Of a DNA stretch of 64,000 nt, positions 57,627 to 64,000 are shown in pieces; the first letter of the stretch is position 1, and every line of letters begins with the position of its first letter. A model generated the notes under the pieces. That model ran no database searches, had not been told where the DNA came from, and saw only the letters and a list, made by a program, of their open reading frames with translations. Made by a program: the position numbers and the translations under genes. This stretch comes from an uncultured Coprococcus sp. (lineage in GTDB: Bacteria > Bacillota > Clostridia > Lachnospirales > Lachnospiraceae). The DNA is taken from contig CANQTC010000011.1 of NCBI GenBank assembly GCA_947626675.1, positions 7,535 to 71,534 on the forward strand. The letters run 5' to 3'.

Positions 57627-58647
57627 CGATAGGAATGTGTTGGAAAATGAAAAATGGTATCATATCTTAATCGGATATATAAAGCAAAATATAAAATTCC
57701 TGGTTCTGCTGGCAGTTTTTGACGGAATATTTTTGCTGATATTTCCGTTATACCAGTTGGAGACAGAGGCGATATGGTATGCATCGGGATTATGCGCTGT
57801 CATCCTGCTGATTGTGTTTGTCTGTGGTTTTATAAAATATCATAGAGCGCATAAGGACAGGCTTGGATATATGCATAATCTTCTTCTTTCTTATGACGAG
57901 CTGCCGCCTGCAGCGACTTTGGCTGAGGAAGATTATCAGAATATGATAAAGTGGTTAGGTGATACATATCGCAGACAGAAAGCGGATTATGACCATGAAC
58001 GTCAGGATAGTATTGATTATTATACGACATGGGTACACCAGATTAAAACACCGATTGCTGCTATGCGGATGATGCTTCAAAGTGAAGATACCGAGGAGAA
58101 CAGGGCGCTTTTGTCAGAATTATTCCGGATAGAGCAATATGTGGAAATGGTACTTTGTTATATCAGGCTTGACAGTCATTCAAACGATTTTGTGTTGCAG
58201 GAATATGATTTGGATAACATTATTAAACAGGCAGTCCGGAAATATGCACCACAGTTTATCAGGAGAAAGATAAAGCTGATATATGAACCTGCCCGGGCAA
58301 AGGTACTTACAGATGAAAAATGGCTTTTGTTTATTATTGAACAGCTATTAAGCAATGCTGTAAAATATACAAGGGGCGGAAGCGTTACGATTTCGCTGTC
58401 TGATGATATGATTTTATCCATAGCGGATACCGGGATTGGTATAGCAAAAGAAGATTTACCCAGAATATTTGAAAAGGGTTATACCGGATATAATGGAAGA
58501 GCTGATAAAAAATCAACGGGGCTTGGGCTTTATCTGTGCAGGCAGGCAGCTGATAAACTGAAAATCGGGATAGCTGCGAAATCCGATGTGTCAAAAGGCT
58601 CGACTTTCAGCTTGAATTTATATACAAAAGAGCATCAGGTAGAGTAA
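57619..58647 (+). CDS. BceS-like intramembrane-sensing histidine kinase
   Basis: Short-loop TM hairpin, WVHQIKTP, TDEKWL, QLLSNAVKY, KGYTG. Confidence 0.93.
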   Translation: MSNDRNVLENEKWYHILIGYIKQNIKFLVLLAVFDGIFLLIFPLYQLETEAIWYASGLCAVILLIVFVCGFIKYHRAHKDRLGYMHNLLLSYDELPPAATLAEEDYQNMIKWLGDTYRRQKADYDHERQDSIDYYTTWVHQIKTPIAAMRMMLQSEDTEENRALLSELFRIEQYVEMVLCYIRLDSHSNDFVLQEYDLDNIIKQAVRKYAPQFIRRKIKLIYEPARAKVLTDEKWLLFIIEQLLSNAVKYTRGGSVTISLSDDMILSIADTGIGIAKEDLPRIFEKGYTGYNGRADKKSTGLGLYLCRQAADKLKIGIAAKSDVSKGSTFSLNLYTKEHQVE

Positions 58648-58660
58648 AAAAATGGAAACC

Positions 58661-58698
58661 TTACAAAAATGTCACATAAAGCAGCCGAAATGTCACAT
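58661..58698 (+). promoter_or_regulatory. BceR-type binding site upstream of the ABC operon
   Basis: TTACA-AAAA-TGTCA; AAATGTCACAT recurs 21 bp later. Confidence 0.75.
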
Positions 58699-58799
58699 GA
58701 ACAGATGTTGACAGTCCGGCTGCTTTGTTATTATTGAATGCAGACAGACGGATATATGACCTGGCTGTGACAGGTATTTAAAAGGAGGACAAAATAAAG

Positions 58800-59567
58800 A
58801 TGACAATATTAGAGGTGAATAATCTTCAGAAAATATATACAACACGTTTTGGCGGCAATCAGGTGCAGGCGCTTCATAATGTGTCATTTTCTGTAGAACA
58901 GGGTGAATATGTAGCAATCATGGGAGAGTCCGGTTCGGGAAAGACAACATTGCTTAACATCTTAGCCGCACTCGATAAGCCAACGAATGGGGATGTATAT
59001 GTAGAAGGAAAGGCACTGAACAACATTAAGGACAGGGAACTTGCTACATTTCGTCGTGACAATCTTGGTTTTGTATTTCAGGACTTTAACCTGCTTGATA
59101 CATTCTCGCTCAGGGATAATATCTATCTTCCGCTTGTCCTTAGCGGCGTGGCATTAAAGGTGATGCAGGAACGGCTGGAACCAATTGCAAAGAAGCTGAA
59201 TATTACAGAACTTCTTGACAAATATCCGTATGAGGTTTCGGGTGGACAGAAGCAAAGAGCCGCAGTTGCCAGAGCCATGATTACAAATCCAAAGCTGATA
59301 CTTGCTGATGAGCCAACGGGTGCGCTTGACTCAAAGTCTACTGACAGTCTTTTGGAAGCATTTGAAGAGATTAATAAGAGCGGGCAGACGATAGTGATGG
59401 TAACACATTCAACGAAAGCGGCCAGCCATGCAGGACGTGTGCTGTTCATTAAGGATGGAGAGGTGTTCCATCAAATCTATCGGGGAAATAATACAAATGA
59501 CGAAATGTATCAGAAGATTTCGGATACGCTTACACTGCTTGCAAAGGACGGTGAGAATAATGGGTAA
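58800..59567 (+). CDS. BceA-like ABC ATPase
   Basis: GESGSGKT, VSGGQKQR, ADEPTGALDS. Confidence 0.95.
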   Translation: MTILEVNNLQKIYTTRFGGNQVQALHNVSFSVEQGEYVAIMGESGSGKTTLLNILAALDKPTNGDVYVEGKALNNIKDRELATFRRDNLGFVFQDFNLLDTFSLRDNIYLPLVLSGVALKVMQERLEPIAKKLNITELLDKYPYEVSGGQKQRAAVARAMITNPKLILADEPTGALDSKSTDSLLEAFEEINKSGQTIVMVTHSTKAASHAGRVLFIKDGEVFHQIYRGNNTNDEMYQKISDTLTLLAKDGENNG

Positions 59568-61608
59568 TGGTTTCTATGCAAAGCTTGCAGTAACCAATAT
59601 ACGGAAAAATAGAAGATTATACATTCCGCAGATATTTACGGGAGCCGGACTGACAGCAGTCTTTTATATAATGCTTACGATTTGCCGGGATGATAAGCTG
59701 TCGAGTGTGCGGGGAGGACGATATCTGCCATCTGTTATGATATTTGGTGTTATTGTTATGGCTGTTCTTTCTGTTATTCTGATTCTTTATACCAACAGTT
59801 TCCTGATGAAACAGAGAAAACGGGAATTTGGCTTATATAATGTACTTGGTATGGAGAAAAAGCATGTCGGAAGAATTATGATGTTTGAAACCATCATTTC
59901 ATCAGTTTCTGCGATTATTGTGGGTTTACTGGCGGGTGTTATCTTATATAAGATATGCCTGTTGTTGATTTGCCGTATTATGGGCGTTGATACTATTTTA
60001 GGATTTTACTATATCGTTCCGAAGTCCATCCTGACTACGGGATTGCTATTTGCAGGACTTTATTTCATCACTTATCTGTTTAACAGAATACAATTAGCGC
60101 GTATGAAAACGGTTGATTTGTTAAAAAGCGTGCATGTGGGTGAAAAAGAACCAAAGGTAAAATGGCCGATTTTTATCATAGGGCTGATTACAATGGGTGC
60201 AGGCTATTATATGGCGCTTACACTAAAAGACCCGACGGCAGTCATATTCATGATTTTTATTGCCATTGCGCTTGTCATTGTAGGAACGTATTGCCTTTTT
60301 ACAGCAGGAAGCATTGCTTTCTTAAAGGCTTTGAAGAAAAATAATAAATTTTATTATCATCCAAAACATATGACTGCGGTATCAGGGCTTTTGTATAGAA
60401 TGAAGCAGAATGCAGTCGGACTGGCTTCAATCTGTATTCTGGTATCCGGTGTACTTGTTTTGGTTTCAACTACAGTCAGTCTTTATGCGGGAATGGAGGA
60501 TACGCTGAATGAGCAGTATCCGCATGATTTATTGGTAAGCGCCAATTATGATACAGATAAAAATATAGATACAGGAAAATTGCTTCAGCCTATCATAAAA
60601 GAAACGATAGAAGAGGCTGCAAAGGAAAAGGGACTGACGATTTCTGATACAGGTGAAACAAATTATTGTGACAGTATATATGAATATGATAATGGTGCAT
60701 TTAAACCGGATACAACATCTGAGATAACAGATGTGGCAGAGTTTATGAGTAAAAAATTTGCATATTGTATATTGATGTCCGAGGAGGAGTATACCAGATT
60801 AACAGGAAACAGGCTTGAACTTTCCGATGGGCAGGCAGCATGCTGGATGGAAGAGAGAAATGGCGTCATTATTACTGACAATTTTCAAATAGAAGGCAAA
60901 GACTTTGTTATGAGGAGCAAGCTGCCGGATTATCCGATTTTAATGAGCGGATATGAGTCGATATATACATTTGGTTTTGTTTTTTCACAGTATGATTTTG
61001 ATACCTTAGTGGATTTGACCGGAGATGATGATATGGAGTTCAGACACGAGGTCTGGTTTGACTTTGAGAATACTGACGAAGAAATTCTTGCATCGGCAGG
61101 CTTCATGGCAGACAAATTCGACAAAAGTGTGAATGATGTAATTTCTAAGGATACAGAAAGCGATGGTGCTTGCAGTTACAGATATATGCTTCGGGCAGAT
61201 GGAAAAGAAGAAGTATATGGTTTAAATGGAAGCTTGTTATTTCTTGGGATTATATTAGGCATTGTATTTATGTTCGGTACAATTTTGATTATTTACTATA
61301 AACAGATATCTGAGGGATATGAGGACCGGGAACGTTTCCAGATTATGAGAAAAGTCGGTATGAGCCATAACGAGGTAAAACGCTCTATCAGAAGTCAGGT
61401 GCTTCTGGTGTTCTTCCTTCCGCTTGTGGCAGCCGGTATCCACATCGCGGTCATATTTCCGATGCTTACAAGACTGCTGAAAGTGCTGTCACTTACCCAG
61501 ACAGGCTTGTTCCTTCTCTGTACGGTTATTGTGTATGTGATATTTGCAGTTATATATATCATTATATATGCACTTACAGCAAAGACATATTATAAGATTG
61601 TAAGTTAA
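59560..61608 (+). CDS. BceB-like ABC permease (antimicrobial peptide resistance type)
   Basis: KQRKREFGLYNVLGM, RMKQNAVGLASI, large extracellular loop, YYKQISEGYED. Confidence 0.92.
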   Translation: MGNGFYAKLAVTNIRKNRRLYIPQIFTGAGLTAVFYIMLTICRDDKLSSVRGGRYLPSVMIFGVIVMAVLSVILILYTNSFLMKQRKREFGLYNVLGMEKKHVGRIMMFETIISSVSAIIVGLLAGVILYKICLLLICRIMGVDTILGFYYIVPKSILTTGLLFAGLYFITYLFNRIQLARMKTVDLLKSVHVGEKEPKVKWPIFIIGLITMGAGYYMALTLKDPTAVIFMIFIAIALVIVGTYCLFTAGSIAFLKALKKNNKFYYHPKHMTAVSGLLYRMKQNAVGLASICILVSGVLVLVSTTVSLYAGMEDTLNEQYPHDLLVSANYDTDKNIDTGKLLQPIIKETIEEAAKEKGLTISDTGETNYCDSIYEYDNGAFKPDTTSEITDVAEFMSKKFAYCILMSEEEYTRLTGNRLELSDGQAACWMEERNGVIITDNFQIEGKDFVMRSKLPDYPILMSGYESIYTFGFVFSQYDFDTLVDLTGDDDMEFRHEVWFDFENTDEEILASAGFMADKFDKSVNDVISKDTESDGACSYRYMLRADGKEEVYGLNGSLLFLGIILGIVFMFGTILIIYYKQISEGYEDRERFQIMRKVGMSHNEVKRSIRSQVLLVFFLPLVAAGIHIAVIFPMLTRLLKVLSLTQTGLFLLCTVIVYVIFAVIYIIIYALTAKTYYKIVS

Positions 61609-61618
61609 TATAGCGGAC

Positions 61619-61655
61619 AAAAAAATCAGGCGCGGTTGCTGCGTCTGATTTTTTT
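61619..61655 (+). terminator. Intrinsic terminator
   Basis: AAAAAATCAGGCGCGG/CTGCGTCTGATTTTTTT. Confidence 0.8.
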
Positions 61656-61674
61656 GATTATTTGGCAAATACTA

Positions 61675-61748
61675 TTGACAAGTAAATCAGGCTTTGTTAT
61701 ATTTACTACGACAGCCGTAGTACGACAGACATAGTACGATAGTCGTAG
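61675..61748 (+). promoter_or_regulatory. PadR operon promoter with three tandem 14-bp operator-like repeats
   Basis: TTGACA-N17-TATATT, then TACTACGACAGCCG / TAGTACGACAGACA / TAGTACGATAGTCG. Confidence 0.8.
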
Positions 61749-61763
61749 GAGAAAGGAGGAATT

Positions 61764-62096
61764 ATGTCAGCAATAAGCAGTGATGTAATCCGGGGCTATA
61801 ACGATACCATGATTTTATATATATTACTGAATGAACCATCGTATGGTTACGAAATTTCAAAGCTGATAAAAAGTATGTCTGAAGAGAAATATATTATAAA
61901 AGAGACAACGCTGTATTCGGCATTTACCAGAATGGAGAAAAACGGTTATATAGAATCATTTTCGGATGAAGACAGAGGGAATGGAAAGCGCCGTACCTAT
62001 TACAGAATAACAGACGCCGGACGGCAATACTATTACGACAAATGTGAGGAGTGGACACTTACAAAGGAAGTCGTAGAGAAATTTATAAAAAAATAG
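61764..62096 (+). CDS. PadR-family transcriptional regulator
   Basis: SYGYEI, TLYSAFTRME, RRTYYRITDAG. Confidence 0.92.
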   Translation: MSAISSDVIRGYNDTMILYILLNEPSYGYEISKLIKSMSEEKYIIKETTLYSAFTRMEKNGYIESFSDEDRGNGKRRTYYRITDAGRQYYYDKCEEWTLTKEVVEKFIKK

Positions 62097-62133
62097 TTGT
62101 AAGAAGATTGTATGAAAAAGGTGGAGGATTTAT

Positions 62134-63123
62134 ATGGAAACAATAAGAACATATCTGGAAAATATGTTTATGAGCTATCCGAATACATCAGAAGTACAAA
62201 GAGCAAAGATGGAACTTTTACAGATGATGGAAGACAAATATCTGGAATTAAAGTCTGAAGGAAGGACGGAAAATGAAGTCATCGGAATTGTAATTTCAGA
62301 GTTTGGAAATATTGACGAACTGGCTGACGATTTGGGAATAAAGAATATCGTGGCAGAAGAAAAGAATGATGCGGTAAGAAAAATAACGCTTGAGGAGGTA
62401 AAGCGTTTTATTAAATCAAGGGGAAGGCTTTCCTTTATGCTGGCGCTTGGAATTGCATTTTGTATTATGTCAGTAGCTGCTCCGATATTTGCAGATGCAT
62501 ATGCCGGATATTACAAATTAAAAAATCAGGACATAGCGGAGGGGCTTGGCGTCACAGTTATGTTTTTGTTTATTGCAGCAGGCGTCGGACTGATTGTATT
62601 TGCAGGCGTGCTTATGGATAAATGGAGTTATATAAAGAAGGAATGTTGTCAGATAGATTTTGGAACGACGGATTATATTAAAAAGGCAAGAGAGGATGCA
62701 AGGGTTAGTCATGTGTTATATATGATTATTGGAATTATGCTGTGTATTATCTCTGTAGTGCCTGTCATACTTCTGGATGCGTTAGGTTGGGAGGAGGCAT
62801 CACCGGTATTTATGTTTTTGTTTATAGCGACAGGCGTTTTGATGATTGTGTATGCAGCGGTAAAGTGGCAGGGATACAGTATTCTTCTGCATATCAGTAA
62901 AGAATCTGCTTCGGGATATGACTATATTCCGGAAAATAAAAGTGAAGTAACTTACGATAATAAAACCGTTGCGAAAATCATGTCGGTATATTGGCCTACC
63001 GTTACATGCATTTATCTGTCGTGGAGTTTCCTTACATGGGCATGGTATATGACCTGGATTGTATGGGTGATTGCAGGGATTATTTGTATGATGGTAAAAG
63101 CAATATTTGGAAAACAGTCTTAA
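62134..63123 (+). CDS. Membrane protein with N-terminal helical (permease-prefix/HAAS-like) domain
   Basis: IRTYLENMF..EDKYLELKSEG..ISEFGNIDEL followed by ~6 TM segments; typical PadR partner. Confidence 0.75.
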   Translation: METIRTYLENMFMSYPNTSEVQRAKMELLQMMEDKYLELKSEGRTENEVIGIVISEFGNIDELADDLGIKNIVAEEKNDAVRKITLEEVKRFIKSRGRLSFMLALGIAFCIMSVAAPIFADAYAGYYKLKNQDIAEGLGVTVMFLFIAAGVGLIVFAGVLMDKWSYIKKECCQIDFGTTDYIKKAREDARVSHVLYMIIGIMLCIISVVPVILLDALGWEEASPVFMFLFIATGVLMIVYAAVKWQGYSILLHISKESASGYDYIPENKSEVTYDNKTVAKIMSVYWPTVTCIYLSWSFLTWAWYMTWIVWVIAGIICMMVKAIFGKQS

Positions 63124-63139
63124 ATGGGAGGTGACTTGT

Positions 63140-63898
63140 ATGAAAAGAAAAATATATCTTCTTGCAATTTCAGTCATTACGATAGCCTGTGTGACTGTGG
63201 GTATTCTGCATAATACATTTGGTTTCGGAAAGAATAGCTGGTTCTTCAGATGGAGTGATTCTTTGAAAAATAAGATATCAGACACAGAGGAAATTGAGGC
63301 CGGAAAAGAAATTGAAATCATTATCGATTTGAGCCTGGCGGATATCAGCATAGAAACAGGGAAAAAATATGAAATGAATTATACCTGTAATGAGGAGCTG
63401 AGGCCGATTCTTGAGGTTCGTAACGGACAGATTACCATAACACAGAAAAAGAAGAAAATATGGTCTATGGGAAACAGAGAGTGTAATATTGTGCTTACGA
63501 TACCGGATGATGTTCATGTGTCTGTGATAAAAGCAGACATGGACCTTGGGGATTTGGATATATCAAATGTGAAATGTGACAGCAGCGATGTAACATGTAA
63601 CTTAGGGGATATCGATATTAAAAACAGTCAGTTGGGTACAGTTGATTTTACCTGTAATCTTGGTGACTGCGATATCGAACGATGTACTTTTACATCCCTG
63701 AATGTTGATATGGACTTAGGTGATATTGAAGTTAACTGTAGTCAGGATTTATCGGACTTTGATATCGATATATCATGTGATATGGGGGAAGTAGAAGTAA
63801 ATGATGAAGATTATGGAAAGAAATATAGAAGGGATGGAGATAAAAATTCTTTTATCTATATAAAGAACAATATGGGTGATATATCCCTTCATTACTAA
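63140..63898 (+). CDS. DUF4097-like beta-solenoid exported protein
   Basis: N-terminal TM; repeated LGDI/MGDI strands. Confidence 0.8.
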   Translation: MKRKIYLLAISVITIACVTVGILHNTFGFGKNSWFFRWSDSLKNKISDTEEIEAGKEIEIIIDLSLADISIETGKKYEMNYTCNEELRPILEVRNGQITITQKKKKIWSMGNRECNIVLTIPDDVHVSVIKADMDLGDLDISNVKCDSSDVTCNLGDIDIKNSQLGTVDFTCNLGDCDIERCTFTSLNVDMDLGDIEVNCSQDLSDFDIDISCDMGEVEVNDEDYGKKYRRDGDKNSFIYIKNNMGDISLHY

Positions 63899-63942
63899 AA
63901 AAACAGAGGGCTGTTTTATAGGAACATGCCCTCTGTTTTTTT
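63898..63942 (+). terminator. Intrinsic terminator
   Basis: AAAAAACAGAGGGC/GCCCTCTGTTTTTTT. Confidence 0.85.
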
Positions 63943-64000
63943 GTCCGAAGTTATCTGGAAGCAGATACACTGGCAGATGATTTTTTGCTTTTGGCGGATT

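Noticed and set aside
59428-59559. Long N-terminal extensions in the ORF track (also pflA 48675, ferredoxin 47747, mecA 54261)
   Set aside because: They overlap neighbouring genes or intergenic signals; RBS-backed downstream starts fit the families
4163-63970. Numerous short antisense or overlapping ORFs inside long genes
   Set aside because: Shadow frames of well-supported CDSs with no recognisable motifs

Overview
Low-GC Firmicute (Clostridia, Lachnospiraceae-like by gene content) chromosomal segment. The left ~3.8 kb is a decayed accessory/mobile edge: an OmpR-type two-component system plus ABC exporter carried behind tnpV, gene fragments and an IS remnant. The rest is mostly core: GH36 alpha-galactosidase, metG, glmS with its glmS ribozyme, DivIVA-like protein, mreB-recD2-comF, hisA-GH9-yfhO, a complete Tad/Flp pilus locus, dnaX-ebfC-recR-pfkA, mecA, a BceRS-BceAB-like module and a PadR operon. 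The standout is at 47.5-51.8 kb: a genetically split pyruvate formate-lyase. The catalytic chain (Cys-Cys intact) stops before the glycyl-radical domain, which is a separate 80-aa gene. Between them is a 71-aa gene whose N-terminus is a paralog of the radical domain's docking helix/strand, but which carries a CxxC-x6-C tail instead of the radical glycine loop. It is a candidate placeholder, decoy or redox-switch subunit. Other oddities are a cysteine ladder in the DivIVA coiled coil, apparent non-canonical start codons on the first Tad genes, an output-less PAS/PocR/GAF sensor and a CpsB-type pseudophosphatase. All family calls are from manual motif recognition; no searches were run.
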